The notes under the pieces were generated by a model. It was not told where the DNA came from and did not search any database. It worked only from the letters and a program-made list of their open reading frames with translations. Shown in pieces: positions 1 to 13,017 of a stretch of 64,000 nt of DNA. The position numbers were made by a program, and so were the translations under genes. The DNA comes from Schmidtea polychroa (lineage: Eukaryota), in contig CM097886.1 in assembly GCA_044892525.1 (NCBI GenBank), positions 60,078,001 through 60,142,000 on the forward strand, given 5' to 3'. Positions within the stretch are counted from its first letter, which is position 1; each line of letters begins with the position of its first letter.

Positions 1-1545
1 TGTCTTTTCCCTTTGGTTACTAATTCATACAATACAAGAAGGAAATAAAATTCAGATAAATGGCGGGTTTTATTTTGATTTGATCCGATTAAACAACCGG
101 AATTTTATTTAAATTTTCTTAAAAAATTTAATTTATTATCAAATGCTATTTCTATTTATTGCTTTTTTCCAATATGTTTCTTTTCTGTAACTTGCATTTT
201 ATTAATTTTAATTAATCATGTTTTATTTTTTTATTAAGTGTTTGTTTAATTTATTGTTTATTTGATGTATTTATAATTTTAAATAAACTTTTTGCGTTGT
301 TTATGTTATGTTGGCTAGCTCCGGCAGTTCCTCTTTAATTACTTTTTAATTATTAATTAATTTCTAATTACTTAATTAATGACCTTCTGCCTCAACACTT
401 ACTTGGAGCTGGCCATCAGAGCTCTGTACATTTTCTATAATAACTTGGTCATTAACAGTGATTGTGGTTTGAATGCAGCATAATTAAATCATTTTCATGA
501 TTGGAATAGTGGTAATTAGTATATTGAGAATGAGAAAGAAAGATCAACGTGGTTGCTTCTAACCCAGCAATAATTATGTTGAGAGATCCTCTGAGATCAA
601 ATTTATTTAATGCTGCTTCTTGATGTTTCCATAATTTATTCATTTTATAAATTTCCCATAAAAATAAATTAAGGTTTTTATATATTTTTAGGGTAAATTT
701 CCTACTAAATCTTTTCTCTTTGGCTGGATATTCAGTTCGGTTGGAGCAGCTTTAGTTTTCCTGGTGATTAAAATTTATTTTACCCGTTTTTATTGTTTTG
801 AGTAATTGAATTCATATTCACACTTCATTTTATCAGATCCTCATCGATTCATCATCGTGACCCACTTTTATAATTTTCAAAATATTTTAATTATCATACT
901 CAGTGTTCCACTTGTTCTTTAAATTTATATTATTATTATTAACATTTTTATTTATTAATTATTTTTTTATTAATTATTTATTATTAATTGTATTTATTGA
1001 TTCATAGTCAAGCTTTTTAATAAATACAATGTCAATGGAAAAGAAATCAGTAGTGAAGTTTTAAAAAAAATTTCTTATAATATTTTTATTAATTATTTTT
1101 ATTAACAACAAGTGAACTATATGGGTTTCTGTGTAACCAATTTCTGTTACGATGCATTTCAACCAGCGATTTACCAGTGAATAGAAACTATAGAAAGTGG
1201 CATTCTTTTCAATGAAATCTTGTACTTATCTTGTAAGATCCTCCTTGCTCTTGCAAATGTATTTTCCGGGTGAATAACGACAAATCGGCAGTACGTCCTT
1301 TTTGGTGTTCTGTGGTGAGTCGTTAGGCCGTCTTGCCGAAATGTCATACAACAAAAACGAAACAGGTCGAAAACGAACACCTTTAATATATATATATATA
1401 CACACTAGAGCCTCGAGTTGCGTCGTTAATGTGTTCCAATAAATCGCGACGTATCTCGAAACAACGCAATTCGAATTTTAATTTTGTATACATTTGTATT
1501 TGTTTTTATATAATAGGTTCCGATAAAATCTGAAATCCATGTTTT

Positions 1546-3496
1546 TGTTGGTTACTTAGGGGTGTGTCATTTTAAATTTTTAAATGCATTAGGGGTAATC
1601 ATATATATTCACTCGACTCTTTCCTAAGCACCTCCATGACTATTGCAATTTAACCATTTGTGTACCCATGGCGACGACCATGTTGGTACTGTACACAAAG
1701 GCGAAAAAACAATGAGCAGGTGAGCTCTATTGCTAAAACTACTCCCCGTTGTATTTTCTCTTCGGGTTCTAGACGGCCGATAGAAGGTCTTACGTCATTG
1801 ATCATTTTCTATTTTTACTTTTCTATCTCATTCGGTTATGGTCTTCATTTCTAGTTGTTTTCTATTGTTTTCTTTTCAAAATTTTGTGTAGGGACGCGCC
1901 CTTTTTTTTCTATTAATAAAGGTTGCTAGGTATTTCTTTTGATATTTATGAATATTTAAACTATCTCGCAAAAAAAATTTGAGCAGGAATTGGCCCTTAT
2001 TTTCCAGCTAATAATTATTGTTCTACACTTCCTACAATATCTAAATTATCCTTTGAAAAATTTGAGCAGGGATTGGCCCTTATTTTCCAGCTAATAATTA
2101 TTGTTCTATACTTCCTACAATATCTAAATTATCCTTTGAAAAATTTGAGCAGGGATTGGCCCTTATTTTCCAGCTAATAATTATTGTTCTATACTTCCTA
2201 CAATATCTAAATTATCCTTTGAAAATTTTGAGCAGGGATTGGCCCTTATTTCCAAGTTAATCCGCGCTTCCCATAATATTTAAATTGTACTTCAAAAAAT
2301 TTGAGCAGGGATCTGCCTGTATTCTCAGTCCTAACCTATGTTTGGCCAAAGTACTTCCAGCGATAGGACCCGTGAGGAAGCCGCCACGTTTCGGCCCAAT
2401 CCAGCTGCGTGATTGAAGAACCTCATGTCCACCGGCTGAGCTCCCGAAGGCACCTCATGCCATGACATGAAGTTCCTCAACTCCACGTTACTATCGTTCA
2501 CAATCAACAAATAATATAAATGAACTCAATAAAAACTATTATTTCAAACTTGAAACTAAATGGAATTAAACAATAATAAAAAAAAACTAAACTAAATTGA
2601 ATATAAAATTTATTTAACTTAAAACATTACCTAAAATTTCACATTAAAATAAAATTACCAGTCCAATCCACATGGGCATAAAATCGAAAATTGAGAGCAT
2701 ATGTTCGTTACCTGACAAACGATTTGTTGTGTAAAACTGAAAACTAATTTAACAAGTTGAACAACTGAAATTTCAATCCGTATTTATACTGATTGAATTG
2801 TATGCCTACGCATTCTCTGCTACTATATCCAATTAGAATGCGAGGCAATTCTGATTAATTTTTGCATGCATGTGTGCAATTATTGTTTTTTAATTTAATT
2901 AATTTAGTTAATCAAAATTCTAATTTTTATTAACTTTTAAGATTTATTTTTATAAATTCTATAATCAAAATAGTTTTTTGCTAATTTTAATTTAGTTTTA
3001 CAAGTTTTGTGATTTAAATAAGTTCAGTTAATTTTACTTTAGTTTCATTAATTTAAACAATTTGGTTTTATAAGTTGTATAATTTAAATAATTTTGTTGG
3101 TTTTATTTTTAGTTTTAGTTTTATAAATTTTATGGTTTATCTAATTTTACTACTTTCATTCTACATTTTTTATTATTTCTCCAGTTTACTAGATAATTTA
3201 TTTTAAATTTTAAATTTATTTATTTAGAAATTTTCCATATTATTAATTAATTCATTACCCATTATTTTATTTCTTAGTGGTTAGCTATTCCGAATGTGAT
3301 GTTTCTCCTAATTGTGTTAGTGATTGCGACCTTTATTTTCATTCCTTTATTTTTTCACCCGGGTCTTATTTATCATCAATGTGTTATGTACTTTAATTTG
3401 TATTGATTAGTGTTTTAATTTAACTTGGTGCGATTTTTTTGTTATGTATTTTTGATTCATTAAAACAAGCTCTCGATTCTCGGTTCTAGCCCAACA
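1546..3496. mobile_element. Solo-LTR-like element, copy A (1951 bp)
   Basis: Starts TGTTGG (1546) and ends CCAACA (3496), flanked by TTTT on both sides. Colinear with 29376-30951, which has a clean 4-bp TSD. No pol-like coding seen. Confidence 0.75.
1973..2310. repeat. 83-bp tandem repeat inside LTR-like copy A
   Basis: GAGCAGG anchor at 1981, 2064, 2147 and 2230 (83-bp period), plus a diverged unit at 2303. Copy B lacks the three 83-bp units. Confidence 0.9.
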
Positions 3497-3671
3497 TTTT
3501 TAAAAACAAAAATTAGTTATATTGATACATATTTAAATAAAAATAGGTATGAATAGATTAACTATTATTTAATAAGTTTTATTAAACCAAAAACTAATGC
3601 AAACATTAATAGAATTTTAAAATAATGTAAAATAATGAAGCAACATAAATTTATAGAATTTATTCAGATTC

Positions 3672-4060
3672 TTATTCATACGTTGGTTCAGGACTTGGCG
3701 TTTGCTTTTCTTTTGGTTGTTTTATTATAAAATTATTCAGAGTTATTTGAACTGCCTTTTGTTTTTTATCCAAATAAATTTTTTTGTAACAGCTGATGGA
3801 GGCCTCTACAGCTTGAGTAACCTTTGTACTTTGATCAGTATCTGGATCTTCTGGAACAAATATTTCTAATGCCTCAGATATTAATTTAATTGCTTTCCCC
3901 ATACCCTTTGTTGTTAATTGTTTCACTTCTGGTACTTCTACGGAATTGTCGTCATTCTCATAAATATTTTGAGCCATTTCAATTAAATCTGCGGTACTAA
4001 CATCAAAATCCTCTTCTACCCCAACAATGATGGAAATTATTAGTCGGTAGATATGGATTT
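3672..4060 (-). pseudogene. pogo/Tigger transposase C-terminal remnant
   Basis: KQLTTKGMGKAIKLISEALEIFVPEDPDTDQSTKVTQAVEASISCYKKIYLDKKQKAVQITLNNF matches the typical Tigger/pogo C-terminal tail. No DDE core is attached. Confidence 0.65.
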
Positions 4061-4199
4061 CTCGTGGTTTGGCCAACGGTCTAGTTGTGTATCTTTGTGA
4101 CGCTTTCAATTGAAATCTAAACACTCATCACAGCTACGGTCAACTCTGTAGTTCGTGCGCTGTGATCGGTTTTTACGATGAAGGAGCTATGGGATGACA

Positions 4200-4315
4200 C
4201 GTCAGCTACTTTATTGGGTGAGTATGGAGTGGGTGATTCTTACATAGGTCATCTATCTCCTGTACCACGAGTCCTCGCCCACCCGTCCTCCTTTGGAATT
4301 TTAGACTGTCTCAAA
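4200..4315 (-). pseudogene. Possible non-LTR retrotransposon (R4-like) RT C-terminal fragment
   Basis: LKFQRRTGGRGL resembles the LYxPRxxGGRGL motif downstream of RT in R4-like elements. Very short and degenerate. Confidence 0.3.
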
Positions 4316-4826
4316 AACAGTCACATGAACACAATAGTGTGCAAAAATTGAACAACAGCAAAATTAGTTTAATATTTGCATTAACATGCAAAAATTGGTA
4401 GGCCAGGAATGGCACGCATAAAAATAGTTTTAGAGAAAAAAAAATTTTTAATTAATTTTAGATATAAATAAATATATAATAAAACGTTCAATAACTAAAA
4501 ATTAAACAATCTATATCCTAAGGGCATGAGAGATTCCTCTCAAGCAGTCCCCTAACGGAACTGTTCCATGCATTGGCACTAAAACTGGCAAACGTCAGTT
4601 GTCTGAATACTGAGTAAAATGATTTTGTTCTTGACGAAAGTGTTCTATCAGTGTATAAACGGATGGGTGTTGACAGTCGACTGTTTATTGAAATTAACTA
4701 TTCCAGGCTTCTACAGAGTTTTTGTTACGTAGAAGGTTGTCAACGTTGATTTTTTTTTAGATTATAGAAGTTATTAAATTTCGGAATTAGGTGTATTTAT
4801 CAAATTGCACTTAAACTACGGATAAA

Positions 4827-6961
4827 ATGGATAAGTTTCTAATTAAAAAAAGACGTGCTGAAGATGACGTTTGCAATGAAGCCTAGAATAGAGGAAACTA
4901 CACAAGAACCAACAGTTCAACTGGCTGAATATGTAGGCAACAAGTGTAATAAAAAAATTTCAAAACCTCGTTTATACAATAATGATTATATGAAACTGGG
5001 GTTCACATTTTTTGGTAATGAAAACAATCCTAGCCCCCAGTGTTTAGTTTGCGGGATATACTTGCAAATGAAAGTATGGTACCAAACAAATTAAATCGCC
5101 ATTTTGCTACAAAACACAGTCCGGAAGACCAGTCGAATACTTTATTGAACTTTCAAGGTCCTTTAAAAAGCAGTCTTTATCGTTCACAAAGAGAATGAAA
5201 CATCAGAGAGAGCTCAAGATGCTCAAATAATTGCCAAAAACAAAGAACCACACTCTATTACAGAAACTACCATAAAGGACTCTTGCTATGTTATTGTTCG
5301 AACATTGTTTGGGCCCGAATTTGAGATAGAAGTTAATAAAATTCCTTTGGCAGATAATACGATTGGAAGACGTATTCAATACATGTCTGGTGATATTAAG
5401 CTTCAAATGAAGACTATTTTTCAAGACAATAATATGATCTTTACATTGCAATTAGATGAATCAACAGATGTTAGTGGGTTAGCACAATTACTAGTTTTTA
5501 TACGTTTCATTCATAATGAGAAAATTACTGAGCAATTCTTGTTTTGTCAAGAACTTCCAATGAGAACTAGAGGCGAAGACATATTTAAAACTATAGATTC
5601 CTTCATGAAGGAAAATAATTTGCTGTGGTTAAATTGTGTAGGAATATGCACAGATGGTGCACCCTCAATGGTTGGTTCAACAGAAGGTTTTGCGGCATTT
5701 GCAAAAAAAGAGAATGAAAATATTATAATTACTCATTGTTTTTTACATCGCGAAGCTTTAGTCGCGCAAACCATTGGAGATGAATTAAGAAAAGTTTTGG
5801 ACAAGGTGGTTAAAATGGTCAATTATATAAAAAGTAGAACTCTTAAATCCAGATTATTTTCTCATATTTGTGAAGAAATGAGGGCAAAGTATAAGAAGTT
5901 TTTACTGCACACAGAGGTTCGTTGGTTGTCAAGAGGTCGAGTGCTTTGTCGTGTATACGAATTGAGGGAAATGATGTTTGAAATTTTTAAAGAAAACCAT
6001 CAGAATGAATTCTGCGATCTTATTCAAAACAAACTTTGGTGCTCAAAATTGGCATATCTTGCTGATATATTTGAGCATGTGAATAAAATAAACACCAGTA
6101 TGCAAGGAAAAGGAGAAAATATGTTATGAGCGGTAGATAAAATTTATGCTATGAGAGACAAGATAGCCATTTGGAAAATGAAAGTGAACGAAGAAAATTT
6201 TGAAATGTTTTCCAAAACTGCGAGCTAAAATGTGATATCAGCAAGCTAATTGTTGACCATCTAACATTGCTTGGAGAGACAATTTATCATTACTTCCCAA
6301 ATGTTGAAATTAAAGAATATGATTGGATCAGAAATCCATTTCCTTCAACTGCGCTGAGTAACTTTTCAACTGTTGAAGAAGAAGAATTAAAAAATGATCG
6401 GAGTCTGTTAATAATGTACGGAGAGGGTGACTTAGACAACTTTTGGATTTGCGTTTCGAAAAGACATCCAAACATAGGCAAAAAAGCGTTAAAAATTCTT
6501 CTGCAGTTTTCTACTACTTACATTTGTGAAGTATCCTTCTCAACAATGTCAAACTTAAAGACATTGCACCGAGGAAGCTTAAAAATGCTTGATGGCGGAA
6601 TGCGAGTCTCATTATCTAATATTCCACCAAATATTCAATGGTTGTGTTCTTCCCATCCAGCTCAAATATCTCATTAAAATTGTAAATATATATCGGCGTT
6701 ATTCAAATTTTTTAATTCTTAATTAATTACATATTGTTACTTATAAACGATACCATCCACATTAAATCTTGTTTTCAGTCATGAACTATACTTTTCTGCC
6801 ATTTATTTCGATATTTATATTTAAATGTTTCATTGTCTCTTGTATAACGGTTTACCATATGGCGTAAGTTGTATGACGTCTGGTAAAACTGATTTGCTGT
6901 GTCGCGAAATGATGGAAGTCTAAAAAGTGTGTCACAAGCATGAAAAGGTTGGAAAGCACTG
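4827..6961 (+). mobile_element. Degenerate Buster/Charlie-type hAT transposon
   Basis: ATG at 4827 (MDKFLIKK). BED-finger segment YNNDYMKLGF..PQCLVC, then LQLDESTDVSG, CTDGAPSM, HCFLHREAL, LLHTEVRWLSRG and LLQFSTTYICEVSFS, split over several frames by stops and frameshifts, ending 6677. Right TIR AGGTTGGAAAGCACTG ends 6961; left TIR not found. Confidence 0.9.
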
Positions 6962-6967
6962 ATTTAA

Positions 6968-7290
6968 GTAATATCGTTCAAAATGAGGTCGTAGAAGTAA
7001 TCTCATATTAGACCAGCTATAAATAAATAACTATTATTCAATAATAGTAGATTGCACGCCTGATCAAAGCGACATGGAATAATTTAAACGAAAAGTTGAC
7101 TTCAAATATTATATTCGAGGGTTGGGGTTTTTTGGCAGAATTAATATAATATCGCAGACAAACAAAATCCAGTTGGCTGTTTCATGAAAAGTGAACACTA
7201 AATGTTACTGAGAAACTAGGGAAGAAGTGAAACAAGGTCGTATAGCGATAGTAAAGAGTGTCTACTCCAAAGAAACCGATTGCCAAAAGT
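6968..7290 (+). pseudogene. Decayed hAT (ZMYM1-like) transposase fragment
   Basis: NIVQNEVVEVI and YSIIVDCTPDQSDME resemble the IQNEII..FSIIxDxTxDxS..EQ block of this hAT group. Multiple stops. Confidence 0.45.
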
Positions 7291-7351
7291 ATTCGATTTT
7301 GTCTTATACAAATAGCTAATTCATATCGACAAAACTATTAACATTCTAATG

Positions 7352-7687
7352 GTTTGTAGAAAATATTACTAAATCATTTCACTGGCGAGCTGTAATTCAA
7401 AAATAGAACTTTTCGTAACAAATTTGTATAGCTATTATTGATATTATCGTTTGTTTAGTTCTGAAATCCAAATTACTAGTATAGTTCAAATATGCAGCTC
7501 GCCAGTGTTTATAGCAAAGCACCAAGAAAGAGTGTAATTTATTCATTATACATTAAAGGTGTGATTGTAACATAATAATGAAGTGCAAAGCAGTGGACAT
7601 TTAAAGTTAGATTTTAGTTCGTTGATGAAAACGGGATAAAAGAATGCCAATTTTTTGAGAAATGATTTAGTAATATTTTCTACAAAC
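7352..7687. repeat. Inverted-repeat (MITE-like) element
   Basis: Perfect 29-bp inverted repeat GTTTGTAGAAAATATTACTAAATCATTTC at 7352-7380 and 7659-7687, plus an inner CACTGGCGAGCTG / CAGCTCGCCAGTG pair. Confidence 0.6.
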
Positions 7688-8102
7688 AATAAAATCGTAA
7701 CTAACTTTAACTCTTAGTTTTTCTTAATTAGTATTCTTTGGAAAGATAAAAATAGCGCCAAATTTAAAAGTGAGCATTCATTTACATAAAGGGGCTTGAT
7801 CAAAATACATTCTATTTTATTCAGGATAACAATAGTCATTTTCTATACTTTAATTAGCACATTGAAAACAGCTTTCATAAAACATTCATTGTATTTCTGT
7901 TTTCATTTGACTAAATATTCGATACCCATTAGAACATCTTTGGAACGAATAATTTTACGCTTTTAAATCGATTAATCTATCAATTAACATCCAACTGTGA
8001 TTAATAATTATTAGTAAATTTCAATTTAGTCTTATGCAATAAAATAGAAAATCGCTATGTAATTAAGAGTGCAAAAATCAAAATTTCGGTTTAAAACAAA
8101 TC

Positions 8103-8485
8103 TTAGTTTTGCTCGAAATATTCTAGCGAATCTCCTTCAGATTTTTCTTGCAATCCATGTAGAGCTAGATCTCCTTGTCCCGGTAGAGGTTGATACACTC
8201 TGACATGTACATGTTTACCCTTACCAAGATGCACCTAAATTAAGAACAATAAACATTAACTTATAAATGAAAGAAACCTTCGCAAAATAATTTACTCCAG
8301 CTACAATTTGAGATTTTAATGACAGAATATCAAAATTTTCACACTTGTGACCTAAACGTTCTTCAACTTTAGGTTTTATCTAAATAGTTTTAACAAATTT
8401 TAAAGATACTAAATATTACAGTTAGTAGGATCTTAATTTCTTCTTCATTTGGAGTTCTAGCATTGGAAGTTCCACCACATAGCAT
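8103..8485 (-). CDS. Stefin / type 1 cystatin (cystatin A/B family), 99 aa, 3 exons
   Basis: Exons 8485-8420, 8379-8278 and 8234-8103 with phase-0 GT-AG introns of 40 and 43 nt. They give MLCGGTSNARTPNEEEIKILLT-IKPKVEERLGHKCENFDILSLKSQIVAGVNYFAK-VHLGKGKHVHVRVYQPLPGQGDLALHGLQEKSEGDSLEYFEQN*, with N-terminal Gly, QxVxG motif and LP loop. Absent from the ORF track. Confidence 0.95.
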
Positions 8486-8734
8486 GTTTGATTTGACAAG
8501 GAATAATCAAGAAAAAGAAATCAAAAATTATTTAACAGGATAAACAAAGTCTTGAAATAACTGTTTGAAACAAAGCATATTACATAGCGCAATTAATTAA
8601 TATTATCACAGTCTTTCAAAATTCATCAATTAAAAAACTTTAAAAAATGTTTGTTAAACATTTAAAAATAAATTATAGTTCTCATTAACTACGCATAAAT
8701 GGCAATTTAAATTTTAAAAATTGTAGAATGTTAA

Positions 8735-11700
8735 AGTTAAATCCATCTTTAGATCCATCTTTAAATTTCGCAGAAAAATCTTGAAACTAACAATAGATAT
8801 TTATTCAAAGAATTTATAAATAATAAGTTTTAATTAATTCACAAAAACCGCCAATTCCAAATTATTTAAACAAAAAGATATATAACTCTCCCCTTCTTAA
8901 GACTTTTCGCACTTCTTCAGCCATTCGATTCTTCTTTCTTTCGCTCCTTCTTGTGAATGTAGTTCGACTCGATGAGGTGATAGAAATCTGGCGATTTTAT
9001 ATGGGCCATCGTATTGCATACCATCCTTGTGTCTGTTCTGCGGCTCCTTACGTACGAGTATCTCCTCCCCCACCTCGAAAACACGAGTGCCCCTCTTTGT
9101 CTTATCCATAGCTCTCATAGTGTCTGCGGCTTTACTCGAGTTAAATCTGGCGTCTTCGATTCTTTCGCTTCTTGATATCTCGGCTTGTTTCAGGTTAGAG
9201 TGTAGGTTAACACTCCGTCCATAAATTATCTCAAATGGTGATAAACCTGTAGCACTTTGTCGACTGCTATTTATAGTGAACTCTATTCTGGGTAGAAGTT
9301 CGTGCCAGTTTCTCTCTTCACATCCGCCTGCCAATGTTGCTGTAATAAGATCTCTTATCGTTCGTATGGCTCTTTCGGCTAAACCATTTGATTGGTGCTG
9401 ATAAGGTGAGCTGAATTCCTGTTTGATTCCAAGTTTCTGTAGCTTCTGTCTTAGGAAATTCCCTTCGAAATTTCGGCCTCTATCTGTTAAAATACTCTTC
9501 GGTTTTCCAAATCGATAGATCCAACTATTAAGTATTGTTTTGAAGATGGTCCCTTCGTCTTGCTTTGTGATTGCAGTTAAAGAAATCAGTTTGCTAAAAC
9601 GGTCCACCTTACTACCATATATTTTTTATGGCGTTTATTTCCATGTAAGCCACATCTATAACAATCTATTCTAGGAATTCAGAGCTATATCTAGGAATAA
9701 ATGTTTCCTTGGTTCTTGTCTGATCGATCTTTCTCTTAGCGCAGATCTCGCAACATCATAAACAGAGTTGGATTGTTTCTTGCATTTTCGGCCAATAAAA
9801 TATCTTTTTCATATAATGAAATAATTTCTTAACTCCAATGTGACATAGTTCTTCATGTAGCGTTGTTGTTAACAGGCCTGCAAATGTTTCTGGGACTAAC
9901 ATTAAGATATTTTTGTTCTTTTCTACTGTTATTAATCCTCCATCATTTGTGTATTTTTTACGTTAAAAGGAAAACAATTCTTTTTCTCCCGAGTACATCC
10001 ATTTTCCAATATCTGTCGCAGCTCTCGAAACCGAATGTCCTTTTGTTGTTGTTCCCATACTTTTTCCATAGCTTCTGTTCTTTGGATAGTATATATAAAT
10101 ATATATATAATCTTTGATTTTCCTTCCTTAGCTTCTTCATGTCTTGTTTGACACTGGGTACAAACCATACTTTTAAATCTTGATAGTCCATCTGCATTCG
10201 AGTGTTCTTCGCCTTTCCAATATTTTAGTTCAAAATCATATTCCGACAGGTTAGCAAACCATGTTTAGAACTGCGGACTGATTGGCGTTTTTGTAGTGTT
10301 CATGAAAACCAATGCCTTGTGGTCGGTGCGAATTATGAATTTTTTTTCGTACAGATATTCTCTAAAATGCATGACGTATTCATGTACGGTGAGCAGTTCT
10401 TTCCTGGTTACACAGTATCCCTTTTCATGTGATGACATATGTCTCGAGCCATAAGCTATGACAGATTCTTCTCCATCTTTTGTAATTTGACTCAAAACTG
10501 CACCAATGGCTCCAAAACTAGCGTCTGTGTCTAAGATAAAAGTCCTATCTTCTCTTGGAAAATCAAGGATAGGTGCTTCGCACAAACGTCTCTTCAGAGT
10601 TTGGAAGCTCTCATTGCATTCTTTAGTCCAACTTATATCTCTATCACATCCAGATGTTGCAGCGTATAATGGTTCGGCGATTTTGGCATAGTCTTTGATG
10701 AATCTTCTATAGTAGTTCGTTAATCCGAGAAACGATCTCAATTGTTTTGAACATTTTGGTACTTCTGCTTTCTCAATCTCTTCCACTTTCTTCCTGTTTG
10801 TCTGGATACCCTTCTCGTTAATTGTGTGACAAAGGAAACACAATTCTGTTTTATTGAATTTGCATTTTTCTGGATTTATCTTCAGTCCTGCCACTTGAAT
10901 TCTTCTGAATATTTCCCTTAATAGCTCATCCTGGTCTTTTTGACTTTTACCATATACCAAGATATCATCTAGATAAACTACCACTCCCTTGAATAGCATT
11001 CCTTCTAGCACTGTGTGCATCAGTCTCTGGAATGTCGTAGGAGCTGTTGCTAAGCCAAACGGTAGTCTATTGAAGCAAAATTGTCCTTCTCTTGTACTGA
11101 ATGCAGTCATTTCTTGAATTTCTGGAGCCAACTCCACTTGATAATACGCCTGACCTTAATCGATTGACGAAAATATTTTTGCATTCGCGAGACAGTCTAG
11201 TAAAAATTTGGTGTTAGGCATAGGAAATGACTCTTTTTCTGTTATGGAATTTAATCCACGATAATCTACACACATCCTGATAGATCCATCTTTCCTCCCT
11301 ACTATCACTAACGGGGCATTCCAAGGATTCTTGCAACACCGAATAACATTTGCTTTCATTAACTCTTTTATCAGTTCTTCAATCCTTTTCTCCATGTGCA
11401 TTGGTTGACGTCGAGGATGTTGCATTATTGGGCCTCCTGTTATCCGCATCTCATGTCGAACTAAGTTTGTAAATCCCAGATCGAATTTCGATGCCATAAA
11501 AATTCCGCCGTATTCCCTGATCATTCCTTCAATATCTTTATTATTCTCACCTGCCATCGCCACTAGTGCTTTATTTATTCTTTCTTCATCAGTGTAAAAT
11601 TTGTTTATCAATGACGTTTCTATATTATTGATTTTCATTAACTTTACTCCAAACTCTTTCATTGTATCAATGCCCCCTATGAATTCGGGTTTGATCTCTG

Positions 11701-11997
11701 ATCCATTCTTCGGCTTCTTTTAAACCTTGTCCATCATATCGTCTGATGTTCAGTGTGAGCATGGCATGATTTCGGTAGGCATTCCATTAGCGATTTTGTC
11801 GATTTCGAAATGGCGTTGATATTTTGATTTTCGGCGTGGTAGCCAGTTAAATCCATCTTTAGATCCATCTTTAAATTTCGCAGAAAAATCTTGAAACTAA
11901 CAATATATATTTATTCAAAGAATTTATAAATAATAAGTTTTAATTAATTCACAAAAACCGCCAATTCCAAATTATTTAATCAAAAAGATATATAACT
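8735..11997 (-). mobile_element. Ty3/Gypsy LTR retrotransposon, internally deleted and non-autonomous (3263 bp)
   Basis: 153-bp LTRs at 8735-8887 and 11845-11997 (2 mismatches seen) with AGTTA...TAACT termini. 5-bp TSD GTTAA at 8730-8734 and 11998-12002. PPT AAGAAGGGGAG abuts the 3' LTR; PBS-like TGGCTACCACGCC follows the 5' LTR. Confidence 0.95.
8897..11700 (-). pseudogene. Gypsy pol remnant: RT, RNase H, integrase
   Basis: RT motifs PWNAPLVIV, RMCVDYRGLN, LPFGL and YLDD; RNase H motifs TDAS and TDHKAL; integrase motifs ILTDRGRNF and HQSNGLAER. Broken by frameshifts (~11150, ~9900, ~9650) and a stop at 10265. Confidence 0.92.
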
Positions 11998-12574
11998 GTT
12001 AAATTATGATTGAATTCCAAAATTGTTTTACAAAATTTTTATGAAACTGTGACTAAGTTTGATGAAGGTCCGCTTGTCATAAGAATTAATGTTTTATGAA
12101 CTCTTGTTATTATGTCCTGCATCAGTAAAAATACAATACTGAAACAATTTACTTAAGTTTTCACAGCAATTAAATAAATATTGTTGAGTTAGAACTCAGC
12201 TGTTTTCGATTGTTTTAATGTTGTAATAATACACATACAATCAAACGCATTAAGGTTAAATACAATCTACAAAAGTAGATCAAGTTAAAAAAATATTGTG
12301 AGAAATAATAAGACCCGTTCAAATAAAATGATTAAAAGCAATAGGTCACAGGCCGTTACCACACCCGTAGCAAAGTCTACAATATCAAAGTTGCAATCCA
12401 CCATGCTGACTAAATACAAAATAAAGAAAAAGAATATTATTATATTACAGCGACGGTGAACCTATGACCCACGTGTCAGACATTGACACACGCAACGAAT
12501 TCAAGTGACTCACAAGTTGTTTTGTTATTTTAATTATAAAATAATAATCATACGAATGTGTTCGAAGATATATA

Positions 12575-12680
12575 CAGTCGAACTCGGTTATAACGAACTG
12601 CTTGGGACCAGAAAATTTGGTTCGCTGTAACCGGTGTTTGATATAACCAGGAAGCAAAAAAAAGTAGAAAAAAACGTTTT
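12575..12680. mobile_element. pogo/Tigger-type terminal fragment
   Basis: TA followed by CAGTCGAACTCGGTTATAACG with internal repeats of the TATAAC motif. No partner end found. Confidence 0.55.
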
Positions 12681-13017
12681 TTTTAAATTATTAATAAAAC
12701 ATCAAAAATGATAAAATATGCAAGGGTTTTTATTATTCTTTTTTATTTTATGTTCGGTCATTTTTAAATATAATTTAAAATACTAGTTTGCTTAATAGAA
12801 TTCAACTTGAATCGAAGATTAAATTTTATTTTTAAGAGTTGTTATTGATGTATTTTTATTGTGATATTTCTTCATTGTTTTTCATTGTCTCGGTGATGAA
12901 CACACAATGATCTTCATTATGTAATTTTGATTAGTTCTTTTCTTGTATCAATATGTGAAGCTGAATAATGATCTTGTTGTCTAGGATCCAAAGTTTGCGA
13001 AAATTCATGGTTGGCAT

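Noticed and set aside
452-643. ORF with faint resemblance to the trypsin NDIxL segment
   Set aside because: No catalytic His or Ser motifs nearby and no consistent splice model.
1660-1854. Duplicated small ORF (also 29473-29685 and 29454-29636)
   Set aside because: Lies within the LTR-like repeat; similarity is explained at DNA level, indels change the C-terminus, and no domain is recognisable.
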